NCBI GenBank assembly: GCA_963724295.1
Contig: CAVRUC010000010.1
Location: 32,001 to 96,000 of the forward strand
Reading direction: 5' to 3'
DNA: 64,000 bases
Source: an uncultured Chloroflexia bacterium
Lineage (GTDB): Bacteria; Chloroflexota; Chloroflexia; Thermomicrobiales; UBA6265
The translations under genes were made by a program, and so were the position numbers. A model generated the notes under the pieces. The model did no database searches. It was not told the DNA's origin and saw only the letters and a list, made by a program, of their open reading frames with translations. Below, piece after piece: positions 22,469 to 32,568 of this stretch; position 1 is the first letter of the stretch, and every line of letters begins with the position of its first letter.

Positions 22469-23374
22469 GTGAGCTCGATGGAGCCGCGCCCCACAGTCGG
22501 CATCGCGGGTCTGGGCCGGATGGGGCATCCAATTGCCGCGAACATCCTGGAGGCCGGCTTTCCGACCCTCGTCTGGAATCGCACCCGTGACAAGGCTGCC
22601 GATCTGCTCGACCGCGGCGCGATCTGGGCAGAAAGCCCGAGCGCCATGACGCGAACCGCGGACATCGTGCTCTCCAGCCTGGCGGATCCCGCGGCGGTGG
22701 ACGCGGTCTACTTCGGACCAGACGGCCTCCTCGATCGCGTTCGCTCCGGCACAATCCTCGTCGATCTGTCTACCGGGTCTCCCGCCCTGGCGCGCCGCAT
22801 CGCCGCCGCGGCACGCGAGCGCGGCGCGACCTTCCTCGACGCTCCGGTCGCGGGTTCTATCAAAGCGGCGACCGACGGTCAGCTTGGCATCATGGTGGGC
22901 GGCGACAGGGCCGCGTTTGAGCGCTGCCAGGCCGTCTTCTCCGCCATCGGCAAGGCGGCTTTCTACCTGGGCGAGAGTGGTAACGGCGCGACCATGAAGC
23001 TCGTCAGCAACGCGATCCTGGCGACGATCGTGCAGGCGCTCGCCGAGGGCGTGGCGCTGGGTGAAAAGGCCGGCCTCGACCCGGCGGATATCTTTACGGT
23101 GCTCGGCACATCCTCTGCCGCGGCGCCGGTAGTCGCCGCCAAAGCGACGGCGGTGACGGAGCGCGCGTACTTGCCGGCGGCCTTCACGCTGGCCCTGATG
23201 CAGAAAGACCTCTGGCTGGTGCTCAGCCTGGCCAACGAGCTCCAGGTGCCGATGCCGGCGACGGCGATCGCCCACGACATGGTCCTCGCCGCCAACGCGA
23301 CCGGTAAGAGTGGACTGGACTTCTCGGCGGTCGCGTTGCTCATGGAAGAGCTTGCCGGCGCCCGCGAGTCGTGA
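22469..23374 (+). CDS. Beta-hydroxyacid dehydrogenase (3-hydroxyisobutyrate/6PGDH family)
   Basis: GLGRMG, WNRT, DAPVAGS, MKLVSN, FTLALMQKDL. Confidence 0.9.
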   Translation: MSSMEPRPTVGIAGLGRMGHPIAANILEAGFPTLVWNRTRDKAADLLDRGAIWAESPSAMTRTADIVLSSLADPAAVDAVYFGPDGLLDRVRSGTILVDLSTGSPALARRIAAAARERGATFLDAPVAGSIKAATDGQLGIMVGGDRAAFERCQAVFSAIGKAAFYLGESGNGATMKLVSNAILATIVQALAEGVALGEKAGLDPADIFTVLGTSSAAAPVVAAKATAVTERAYLPAAFTLALMQKDLWLVLSLANELQVPMPATAIAHDMVLAANATGKSGLDFSAVALLMEELAGARES

Positions 23375-23410
23375 CCCGAGCCCAGCGGAGGCGCCAGAAA
23401 GTCGCAAAAG

Positions 23411-23445
23411 AACGCGGCGGAGGCGATTGACGCCTCCGCCGCGTT
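23411..23445. terminator. Hairpin terminator between convergent genes
   Basis: AACGCGGCGGAGGCG / CGCCTCCGCCGCGTT stem; T-tract (CTTTT) follows on the minus strand. Confidence 0.7.
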
Positions 23446-23465
23446 GATCGAGCTCTCCGTGCGGA

Positions 23466-26173
23466 TTAGTTGCTTCGGCTCTCCTCGTGCCGCACGCCGA
23501 CTTCATCCCTTCGTCGCGCCGGAAGCACGGCGAATGGAATCGAAGTCACCGGCGCCGGTGAGGTGGGGAGGTGCCCCACACCTGTCGAGGGAACTCTCAT
23601 CACCCGCACCTTGCCGCCGCGACCGACGCCAGCCTTGGCGGGTTTGCCGGCCGGAGCCTTGATGACCCTGCCCGGCTTGCCGGGCTTCGCGGGCTTCTCC
23701 GGCACGTAGACCGGTGCAGCCGGCCCGGCGCAGATGTTGCCAACCTCGATCGTGTTGCCCTGGTTGCCGCCGGAGTTGATCTCGTTGATGACCACGAGGC
23801 CGCCGTCGGCACTGGCGTTGGCGATTCCGCCGTTCCCGGCCGACGCGGTGTCGCCACTGCCCCCTCCGAGGCCGTACCGGCTATGGATCAAATTCTTGAG
23901 TGCGCCGCCGTTGCCGCCGCCACCGTTGCCGCCGTCATTGCCAGAGACCGCCGCCAGATTTCCACTTCCGCCCGAGGCATCGCCGATCGCGGTACCACCG
24001 CCCGCGTCGATATCGATGTTGGTGGTGTTGGTGACATTGCCGCCATCGATAGAGACCGGACCGCATTCGCCATACCCGCCACCGATGTCGCCAACGTTGA
24101 TCGTGTTCCCGCGGTTGCCACCGGAGTTGATCTCGCCGATGACGACGATACCGCCGTCGGCGCTGGCATTCGCGCGGCCACCGTTCCCGGCCGCCGCCAT
24201 GCGGCCGGCCAAGCCGCCACGGCCGCCGAGGCCGTACCGGCTCTGGATAAGCCCGCGCAGCCCGCCGCGCTGCCGGTTGTCATTGTCATCATCGCCAGAG
24301 GCCGCGGCCAGGTTGTCGTCGCCACCGGAGGCATCGGCAATGGCCGTTCCACCGCTGGCGTCGATATTGATGTTGGTGCTGTTGTTGACGTTGCCGCCGT
24401 CGATGGAGAACGTGCCCCCCGACCCGCCGCAGACGCTTCCAACACCGATCGTATTTCCCTGGTTGCCACCGGAATTGATCTCGTCGATGACCACGATGCC
24501 GCCATCGGCGCTGGAGCGAGTGACTCCGCCGTTTCCGGCCAGCACGGTGTAGTCACCGTAGGTCACCCCCAGGTTGCCGTTGCCGCCCGAGGCATCACCG
24601 ATCGCCGTACCACCGCTGGCGTCGATGTCGATGTTGGTGCTGTTGTCGACGTTGCCGCCGTTAATCGAGCCCCCACCGCATTCGCCGTAGCCACCGCCGA
24701 TGCCGTCGACACCGATCGTATTCCCCTGGTTTCCGCCAGAGTTGATACTGCCGATGACGACGATGCCGCCGTCAGCGCTGGCATTCGCGCGGCCACCGTT
24801 CCCGGCAGATGCGGTGTCACCACCGACGGTCCTGTTATTGAGCGCGGCGACGCGGCTGGCGGCCAGTCCTATGTGATGCCGGTTGTTCTTGCCACCGCCG
24901 TTCCGATCACCGCCGTTGTTGCCACCATTGTCATCATTGTTCCTGGTCGTTCTTCCGGGCCTCTACCTTGACAGCCTGGCGCTCCGCCCGTTTCTGTTCG
25001 ACAACGCTGACTTTGCCGTCGTCATTGATATCGACTGCCTGCGCTAGTGCGACTTCGGATTCGTCACCGGAGGATTGGTCATCGGACCCGGAATCACTGC
25101 CGTCACTGGACCCGGAATCAGTGTCGTCGTTGGTTGCGGCTGCAGCCGCGGCAGGCTCGTCGCCTGCATCCTCGGTTGTGGTCCGCGACGCCGCTGACTC
25201 ATTGCTGTTCCCAGCGTTGGAGTCCGTGCTCGACTCGCTAGCGCCTTCTTGCCCCTGACCGTCGCCGCTCGCGCCATCGCTGCTCTGACTATCGCCGCCG
25301 GCGTCATCACTGCGGCCGCCGTCACCGGCGGTGTCATCTGACGCCGCTTCAGATGAAGCATCGTTACCGCTTGAAGCATCGTTACCGCTCGGGCTGGTCG
25401 TCTCGGGCGCTGGTTCAGCGTCGGCCGTCTCGACCGCGGAGTTGAAATCAGGGTTTTCGAAGATGTTGCCTGCCATTGGGTCAGGCGCCGCTTCACTACT
25501 GGTGTCCTCGGTTGTGTCGCCGCTCTGGCCGCCACCAGAGCCCTCGTCACCACCGCTGCTCTCAGCACCCTCTCCACCAGTGCTCTCATCGGCACTACCG
25601 CTGTCGGCGCTGTCTGACTCATCCGGCTCGGTGCCGCCGGTCACATCGCCGACCGCGTCCGCCGCGGCCTGACTGTCGAGGGCAGGGTTGGCATTGGTCG
25701 TGGTGACGTCGGCCGGTGGCGCCACTATTGGAGCAGCGGCCTCTGCCTCCGCCGCCGCGGCAGCAGCGGCTTCCGCTTCTGTGCGGCCGCGGCCGCTTCA
25801 GCTTCGGCGGCGGCAGCTGCATCGGCCTGGGCCTGCGCGGCAGCCGCCTCATCAGCCGCAGCTTGCGCCGGGCGGCATCGACTTCGGCTTGGTCAGCAGC
25901 CGCGTGATCAGCAGCCGCCTGGTCGGCAGCTGCCTGATCGGCTTGACCCTGTGCCGCGGCCGCTGCCTCCGCTTCCGCTTGGACCGCCGCGTCCGCCTCA
26001 GCGGCGGATTGCGCGGCGGCAACCGCCGCCGCGTCCATCGCCGCCTGGTCGGCTATTGAAGCATCGTCCTGCGCCAGCACCGGCAATATCGATCCCGCCA
26101 CGGTTCCCGTGGCGAGAGCCAGTGCGAGCGCCCAGCGCAACCAGACGCGCGGGGCATTCGTCGGTTCAGACAT
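23466..26173 (-). CDS. Large secreted Gly/Asn-repeat protein (about 900 aa), broken by three frameshifts (near 25870, 25780 and 24940)
   Basis: Signal peptide, Ala/Gln/Glu helical region, Ser/Asp/Gly linker, about 3.5 copies of an approximately 75-aa repeat and a C-terminal VPSTG...RRR; frames join seamlessly. Confidence 0.7.
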
Positions 26174-26454
26174 TTCCAGTTCCTCCCCCTCGACCGTTGA
26201 GGCTGAGCCTACCCGACGTGCCCGCGTCCCGGCTAAAGTCTGGCGGTGTCGTTCCCCTGGTGGGTCTCAGTCTCGCTCCTTCAGACGCCCGAGGGGCAAA
26301 CCCGGTTTCGCCGCCATCGGTCCGGATTACGAGGGGCCGATGTACGATTGGCAGCGGGACTGTACCGTGGCCAGGATTGACCGCCGGTTGTGGCCTGACG
26401 TATGGCCGCCCGACATGAATCTGCGGTCATGTGCGAGAGATTGAGGACCACGGA

Positions 26455-28068
26455 ATGCCCGCCCAACCAGACACGATCATCTGGGGATCCCGCATCCGGA
26501 CCCTGGACCCGGCCCTCCCGATCTGCAGCGCGGTGGCGGTTAAGGATGGGCTCATCGCCGCCACCGGAGACGACGACACGATCCGCGCCCTGCGCGGTCC
26601 CGGAACGCGGATGATCGATGCCCGAGGCATCGCCTTTGTGCCCGGGCTTACCGACTCTCACATCCACCCGCTGATGGGCACGATCCGCACCCAGGGCGCC
26701 GACCTTTTCGACGCGACGAGCCTGGATGACATCCGGAAGCGCCTCCTCGCCGAGCGCGAGCGGGTCGGCCCAAACGGCTGGATAAAGGGCTGGGGGCTTC
26801 ACTACGAGCCGTTCGAGGAGACAGGTATTCACGGCGATCTCCTTGATGGGGTCGCTGCCGGCCAGCCGATGCTCCTGGAGTTCTTCGACGGACACACCGC
26901 ACTCGCCAATCGCGCCGCGCTGGCGATCGCCGGCATCGGCGGGCCGGTCGCATTCGAAGAAAAAGCGAGCGTGGTCTGCGTCGACGGCATCCCCACCGGT
27001 GAGCTGCAAGAATGGGCCGCCATGCGCCTCGTGCAAGACGTCGTTCCCGAGGTCGACGCCGAGACGCGCTTTGGCTGGTTCAAGGACTCTTTCCGCCGCT
27101 TCAGCGAGGCCGGCTTGACGGCGATCCATGCTATGGACGGCACCCCCGCGGAGCTCGACATCTATCGGCGGCTGGAGGAGAACGGCGATCTCACCTGCCG
27201 CGTCGTCGTCCCTCTCTGGCAGCAACCCGACACGACGATGGCGGAGATGCGCGACCAGCTTCCGTTTCGCGATGACCGCGGCCGGCTGTGGCGCTGCGGC
27301 GCCGCGAAGTTCTTCATCGACGGGGTGATCGAGACCGGCACCGCCTGGCTCGTCGAGCCAGACACGAAGGGTCAGGGACTACACCCCTTCTGGCCCGAGC
27401 CAGAGCGCTATGCGGCAGCCGTCGCATTGTTTGCCGGCGCCGGATTCCAGTGCATCACCCACGCGGTCGGTGACCGTGGGGTGCAAGCGGCGCTCGACGC
27501 CTACGAAGCGGCCGGTCACGCCGCGGGCGTGCATCACCGCATCGAGCACATCGAGCTGGTACAGGAGCGGGACGTGCTCCGTTTCGGTGAGTTGGGGGTC
27601 GTCGCGTCGATGCAACCGCTGCATATGGCTGCCGCTCGCGCCGATGGCAGCGACGAGTGGGCGGCCCGCGTCGGACCCGAGCGCACGGCAGCCGCCTTTC
27701 GAGCGCAAACTCTCCGCTCGTCCGGTGCGATCCTGGCCCTGGGATCGGATTGGATGGTCGCGCCATTCGACCCGCGCCTCGGCATGGCCTGGGCGCGACT
27801 CCGCCGCACTCCTGGGCTCCTGGAGATGCCCCCTCGGGCGGGGGACCAGGCGCTGACCGCACTCCAGACCCTCGAGGGCTACACGACCGGAGCAGCGTCG
27901 GCCATTTCGGAAGAGGACGTATCCGGACGCATCAAGCCAGGCTACCGCGCCGATCTCACCGGGTTCGCCGCCGATCCGGTCGACACGGATGCCGACGCCT
28001 TGCTCGACTTGCCGGTCTTGATGACGATCGTCGATGGTCACGTCGTATACGAGGCTCGCTATCACTGA
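26455..28068 (+). CDS. Amidohydrolase 3 (YtcJ-like) metal-dependent hydrolase
   Basis: PGLTDSHIH, DGHTALAN, KFFIDG, HAVGD, RIEH, GSDW. Confidence 0.9.
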   Translation: MPAQPDTIIWGSRIRTLDPALPICSAVAVKDGLIAATGDDDTIRALRGPGTRMIDARGIAFVPGLTDSHIHPLMGTIRTQGADLFDATSLDDIRKRLLAERERVGPNGWIKGWGLHYEPFEETGIHGDLLDGVAAGQPMLLEFFDGHTALANRAALAIAGIGGPVAFEEKASVVCVDGIPTGELQEWAAMRLVQDVVPEVDAETRFGWFKDSFRRFSEAGLTAIHAMDGTPAELDIYRRLEENGDLTCRVVVPLWQQPDTTMAEMRDQLPFRDDRGRLWRCGAAKFFIDGVIETGTAWLVEPDTKGQGLHPFWPEPERYAAAVALFAGAGFQCITHAVGDRGVQAALDAYEAAGHAAGVHHRIEHIELVQERDVLRFGELGVVASMQPLHMAAARADGSDEWAARVGPERTAAAFRAQTLRSSGAILALGSDWMVAPFDPRLGMAWARLRRTPGLLEMPPRAGDQALTALQTLEGYTTGAASAISEEDVSGRIKPGYRADLTGFAADPVDTDADALLDLPVLMTIVDGHVVYEARYH

Positions 28069-28940
28069 TGACAGAAACAATGCCTCGATCCACCGTCTGC
28101 CTGACGTTCGACTTCGACGCCATTTCGCTCTGGCTCGGTCCCTTCGCGGCCAGGTCACCAAGCATGATCTCGCGCGGCGAGTTCGGCGCGGTCGGTTGCG
28201 AGCGTATCCTGCGGCTGCTCGAGCGAGAGCAGGTTCCCGCCACCTTCTTCGTCACCGGGCACACGGCGGACACCTACCCGCATCTCACCCGGGCTATCGC
28301 GGCGGCTGGCCACGAGCTTGGGCACCACGGGTACCTGCACGAGAATCCTCTATCTCTGGAGACCGTGGAGCGGGAGCGCGAGGTCCTGGTAAAGGGTTTC
28401 GACGCGCTCGATCGCGCGGCCGGAGTGCGACCGATCGGCTACCGCTCGCCGTCCTGGGACAACAGCCCCTTTACGACTGACTTGCTGCTCGAGCAAGGCT
28501 TTCAATACGAGAGCTCGTTGATGGGCGACGACTTCACCCCGTACTGGTGCCGTACCGGCGATGTCATCCAGCCCGACGGTCCGTACCTCTTCGGTCCAGA
28601 GGTCGATCTGGTTGAGATGCCGGTGAGCTGGATCCTCGACGACTTCCCACATTTCGAATACGTCTCGATCCGGTCGCTCGGCGTGAGTTATCCGGGTCAC
28701 TCGGCCCCCTCAAAAGTCGAAGAGATCTGGCAAGGCGAGTTCACCTTCATGCGGCGTGAGGTTCCGGGAGGCGTCTTCACGCTGACGATGCACCCCCAGG
28801 TCATCGGACGCGGGCACCGCATGCTGATGCTGGAGCGGCTGATCGCCTGGTTCAAGAGCCACTCGGACACCCACTTCTCCACCCTCGGGGCCGCGGCGCA
28901 GACCTTCCGTGACACGCATTCACGGCAGCTCCGGTTGTAA
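28068..28940 (+). CDS. Polysaccharide deacetylase (CE4, PuuE/PgdA-like) family protein
   Basis: LTFDFD, ATFFVTG, GHELGHHGYLHE, GYRSP, TMHPQVIGR; ATG overlaps the upstream TGA. Confidence 0.88.
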   Translation: MTETMPRSTVCLTFDFDAISLWLGPFAARSPSMISRGEFGAVGCERILRLLEREQVPATFFVTGHTADTYPHLTRAIAAAGHELGHHGYLHENPLSLETVEREREVLVKGFDALDRAAGVRPIGYRSPSWDNSPFTTDLLLEQGFQYESSLMGDDFTPYWCRTGDVIQPDGPYLFGPEVDLVEMPVSWILDDFPHFEYVSIRSLGVSYPGHSAPSKVEEIWQGEFTFMRREVPGGVFTLTMHPQVIGRGHRMLMLERLIAWFKSHSDTHFSTLGAAAQTFRDTHSRQLRL

Positions 28941-29091
28941 CGTCGCGTTGTTGACCGCGACAACATTGTTGGAACCTGGGCTTCGACAAACGTGGGCGGC
29001 CTTACGATTCGCCAGCCACCCGACACGTCTCCCGCGCGGATATTTTGGCTCTGATACGCTCGACGGACTTGGTCGTTGTAAGGAGGAGACG

Positions 29092-30264
29092 GTGGCGGGG
29101 AGTTCCGGTGCCGCAGATCGGCCAGCCTGGCATACCGACGACTATCCTGAGCTGCGCTCCGCCCCGCCGTGGGTCATGGAGGAGATGGTCGCTTCCCAAC
29201 CCGGGCTGGTCGCGCCGATCGTCGCTGACCAGCAGGCCAGGGTCCTGGCCCAGGTGATCCTCGACGTCGACGAGAGCGGAGAGCCAATTGTCGTTACCGG
29301 ATGTGGCACGAGCGAGCACGGCGCCATGGCCATCGCCGAACTGCTCGATGTCGCGCTCCGGCAGCGTGGCGCTCGTGGAGGCCGGGTCGAAGCCCGCCAG
29401 GCCCTCGAGGCCGCGCTCGATCCGCGCCCGGGCGGACTCTGCATCGCGGTGACGGAGAGCGGAGGCACCAGAGCGACGCTGCTCGCCATAGAGTCCGCGC
29501 GCGACGCCGGATCAGCCATCGCCGCAATCACCGCAAACCCCGATGGCGCGGTCATCTCCACCGTGGACGTGGTCATGGTCACACCGCAACGCGACAAATC
29601 GTGGTGCCACACGGTCGCCTACACCTCAGCCATTCTGGCTGGAGCTGCGCTTGCCGCCGAGATCGCCGAGGTCGACCTGGATGGCAACGAGATCGCTGAC
29701 TGGTTGGGGCAGGCAGTCGCACCGGGCGGTGTTGAGCGCGCGATTGCGGACGCGATGCGCGATCTGACCGTGCTTCAGATCGTCGGCAGCGGGGCCGACC
29801 GTATAACCGCGCGGGAGCTTGCCCTCAAGCTCGAAGAGGGGGCTCACCGTCCCGCGGTCGCTCGCGACCTGGAAACCCTGCTGCACGGCCATTTCGTTGC
29901 CTGCGGTCCTGATACCGGGCTGATCGCGATCCTTACCGACGACCGCGGTGGAGAACGCCGGTGGCGTCGAGCGGCGCGGGGTATGGAAGCTGCCGCACGG
30001 CTCGGCATGCCCGCCGCCGGGATTTTCTCGCCCGCCGCCGCCCGCGCAACTCCCGAAAACCTGACTCCAGCCGGACGGATCGTCCTCCCCACTGGCGCTG
30101 ATGCACTACCTCCCCTGCGCGCGTTCCTCGGCGGAGCCGCTGCGCTGCAGCGCCTCACCCTGGCCATGGCGGCCGAAGCCGGCGTGAATCCGGACCTCAT
30201 CCGGCGCGAGGAGGCCCCCTACCGCGACGCCGCGGCGCTTGTCGAGAACCGGCAGGATTGGTAA
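29092..30264 (+). CDS. Double SIS-domain sugar-phosphate isomerase/deglycase-like protein
   Basis: GCGTSEH, TESGGT, SWCHTVAYT, ELALKLEEG, ETLLHG; AGGAGG RBS. Confidence 0.8.
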   Translation: MAGSSGAADRPAWHTDDYPELRSAPPWVMEEMVASQPGLVAPIVADQQARVLAQVILDVDESGEPIVVTGCGTSEHGAMAIAELLDVALRQRGARGGRVEARQALEAALDPRPGGLCIAVTESGGTRATLLAIESARDAGSAIAAITANPDGAVISTVDVVMVTPQRDKSWCHTVAYTSAILAGAALAAEIAEVDLDGNEIADWLGQAVAPGGVERAIADAMRDLTVLQIVGSGADRITARELALKLEEGAHRPAVARDLETLLHGHFVACGPDTGLIAILTDDRGGERRWRRAARGMEAAARLGMPAAGIFSPAAARATPENLTPAGRIVLPTGADALPPLRAFLGGAAALQRLTLAMAAEAGVNPDLIRREEAPYRDAAALVENRQDW

Positions 30265-30283
30265 GGAGTGTGGCGTAACGCCG

Positions 30284-32398
30284 TCACCTGATCGGCTGGA
30301 CGCGTACGGCGCCGCTCGACAGCGTTCCCTCGGTCACGATCAGACCGACACCACCCGCCGGCAATGGATCGATGTCGTCGAGGATGTCGGCAACCGTTGC
30401 TCCATCGATCTCACCAACAATGCGGTTCCCTCGCACCGTCAGCGACAAACGATAGCGGCGGTCCAGCTCAACGACGAAAGGGTGCTCGGCGAGGATCGTG
30501 ATGGCCTCGCGGTCTTTCACCAGTCGCGCCATTCCGTCATCACAGAGCATCAATGCGTACCAGCGACGCATCCCGCCGACCCGTGCCGCGATGCCGCCCT
30601 GTTGGGCCAGCATGATCGACACGTCAGCCGTAACCCGGTAGTCGGTCCAATCCGCGGTGCCCTGGCTGATCAGTCCCGTTCCGTGGTTCTGAGAAATGCG
30701 GTAGGGCTCCAGCCAGCGTCCTTCGAACTGCTCGACTCCATCTACCCATGCCCGCCGCCACATCTCGCCCGCGGCTTCCGGTCGGCGCAGCTCGACGTCT
30801 GGAGCGCCATCCCAGGTCAGCCAGTCGAGATAGGCGGCCCCCGCGCCAGCCTCGGCCGGCTCCACGGCGATCCCGACCTCGGCCACTGGCGCCCCACCGA
30901 GATCGGGAATGCGCCAGGCGAGCACGGCGTCCCGGCCAGGTAAGAGGGCTTCGGGCGAGCCCGCCAGGGTCTGCAGCTCATCCCGTTCGCCGTAGTAGCG
31001 GATCAGGAGCCGGGCCTCGACCGGTCCGGCGTTGCCTGGATGGGCGACGAGACGCGCGCGGACCTCCTGCCCGGGATAGAGCGTCGGGGATGCCAGGAGC
31101 GCATAGCTCCCCGGCATCACGATCGCCTCCGGCGGGATGAATGTCGGTGTCGAGGCGACGACGGGGTTGTCCGGTCGCTCGTCGGTCCAGCGCACGGCGA
31201 GCGTGCGGGTACCGGCTTGACTCTGCTCGGCGACGTTGTCCAGGGTGACCGACGGATGGTCGCCCTGGAACCCCTGCACGGCTCCCGGCAGCTCGAAGTG
31301 GAACCGGGCGCCGTCCTTCGGCGCCAGTGGCGGCTCCCCGGCCAGGGCGCGTCCGATGTTCACGACCTCGTACGTCTCGATCACCGCGTCGGTTATGGCT
31401 CGGCCGCCGTCCGCAGTTGCCAGGTACATGCGATCGGCGATCGGACCGCGCCAGTCATACGGGGAGGAATCGATCCCTTCCAGTCCGTTCTTGATACCGA
31501 GCAGGGCCCCGACATTACCCGCGTTGCAGTCCGTGTCCCAACCGGCGGTGTTGACGATCATCAGCGATTTGCCGAAGTCATCATCGCCATAGAGCAGCGC
31601 CATGATGATCAAGGCGTGGTTCGGCACCATGTGACAGGCGCCGATGTACTTGTCGTAGCCGTAGTTGGCCGCGATCTTCTCTCGCGTCGTCCGCCAGTCG
31701 GGCTCGGCCGCGTGCCACTCCCGGATATCGGCGATGAGCCGGGCGATGGTCGAGTCGGCGGGAATCAGGCTGACGGCGACGTCGATGAGGCGCTCCAGAT
31801 CCGGTTCGACGAACGCCTGCGCCTCCATGGCCGCGATCACCTGGGCGCCGTAGATTGCCTCACCGTCGTGACTGACGCTCCCCGCACGTCGGGCAAAGTC
31901 GGCGGCGCGCTCAGGATCGCCCGGCACGATCATGCCCCAGCCGTCGATGAAGATCTGGGAGCCGATCTGCTCGGCGATGGTCGTGCCGTTCAGCTCGATC
32001 GATCCGCTCGCCGGCGCCGGGATACCACTCTTCAGCCGCAAATAGGCCGTGTGCTCGGTTGAGTTGCCGATCCCGCCCCACCAGAGGATGGTGCGTTGCT
32101 CGATGAGGTAGTTGAGCCAGGTGTTGCCGATCTGCTGTGGGGTCAGGTTGGGATCGTTTCCATGGTCCGGGAGCGATCGGAGAAAGGTGAAGGTGCCGGA
32201 GATGTCGTCATCGGTGACGACCAGGGGCATGCCCCGCGACTCGTGGAGGTAGCGGTCCACCTCGCCATGGACGGCGCTGATGCGGTCGTAGGTCCAGCCC
32301 TCGACCGGTCTCCCCAGGTAGACCCCGATCAGCTTGCCGAGCACGCCGGCGTAGACCCGCTCCGCGTAATCTGCAGACACATTCACGACCGTCATCAT
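30284..32398 (-). CDS. Large ADP-ribosylglycohydrolase family protein with C-terminal beta-sandwich domains
   Basis: GKLIGVYLGRPVEGW, TDDDIS, QIFIDGWG, GWDTDCNAGNVG. Confidence 0.85.
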   Translation of the reverse strand: MMTVVNVSADYAERVYAGVLGKLIGVYLGRPVEGWTYDRISAVHGEVDRYLHESRGMPLVVTDDDISGTFTFLRSLPDHGNDPNLTPQQIGNTWLNYLIEQRTILWWGGIGNSTEHTAYLRLKSGIPAPASGSIELNGTTIAEQIGSQIFIDGWGMIVPGDPERAADFARRAGSVSHDGEAIYGAQVIAAMEAQAFVEPDLERLIDVAVSLIPADSTIARLIADIREWHAAEPDWRTTREKIAANYGYDKYIGACHMVPNHALIIMALLYGDDDFGKSLMIVNTAGWDTDCNAGNVGALLGIKNGLEGIDSSPYDWRGPIADRMYLATADGGRAITDAVIETYEVVNIGRALAGEPPLAPKDGARFHFELPGAVQGFQGDHPSVTLDNVAEQSQAGTRTLAVRWTDERPDNPVVASTPTFIPPEAIVMPGSYALLASPTLYPGQEVRARLVAHPGNAGPVEARLLIRYYGERDELQTLAGSPEALLPGRDAVLAWRIPDLGGAPVAEVGIAVEPAEAGAGAAYLDWLTWDGAPDVELRRPEAAGEMWRRAWVDGVEQFEGRWLEPYRISQNHGTGLISQGTADWTDYRVTADVSIMLAQQGGIAARVGGMRRWYALMLCDDGMARLVKDREAITILAEHPFVVELDRRYRLSLTVRGNRIVGEIDGATVADILDDIDPLPAGGVGLIVTEGTLSSGAVRVQPIR

Positions 32399-32441
32399 GG
32401 CGCTCCAGTTTGCCAGGCACGGCTCGAGGCAATGACCCCAA

Positions 32442-32470
32442 TTGACAGCTCGATGATAGGCCGATACGCT
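32442..32470 (+). promoter_or_regulatory. Sigma70-type promoter for the GntR/B6 operon
   Basis: TTGACA (32442-32447), 17-bp spacer, TACGCT (32465-32470). Confidence 0.7.
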
Positions 32471-32473
32471 TCT

Positions 32474-32488
32474 GGTATACGGTATACC
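32474..32488. promoter_or_regulatory. Candidate GntR (FCD) operator
   Basis: Palindrome GGTATAC-G-GTATACC at the predicted +1, upstream of the GntR gene. Confidence 0.65.
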
Positions 32489-32568
32489 TATTGACGCCAC
32501 CGGTCGGTCCCGGTCCACGTCTTGACCGGGCTCGGACATAGCGAGGCACTTGTCCGCTGGGAGATCCC

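Noticed and set aside
23700..24830. CRISPR array or non-coding DNA repeat
   Set aside because: Repeats are codon-degenerate protein repeats, with no identical direct repeats separated by spacers and no cas genes
26295..26330. c-di-GMP-I riboswitch (GGCAAACC)
   Set aside because: Lacks the GAAA tetraloop and downstream GACGCAAAG elements
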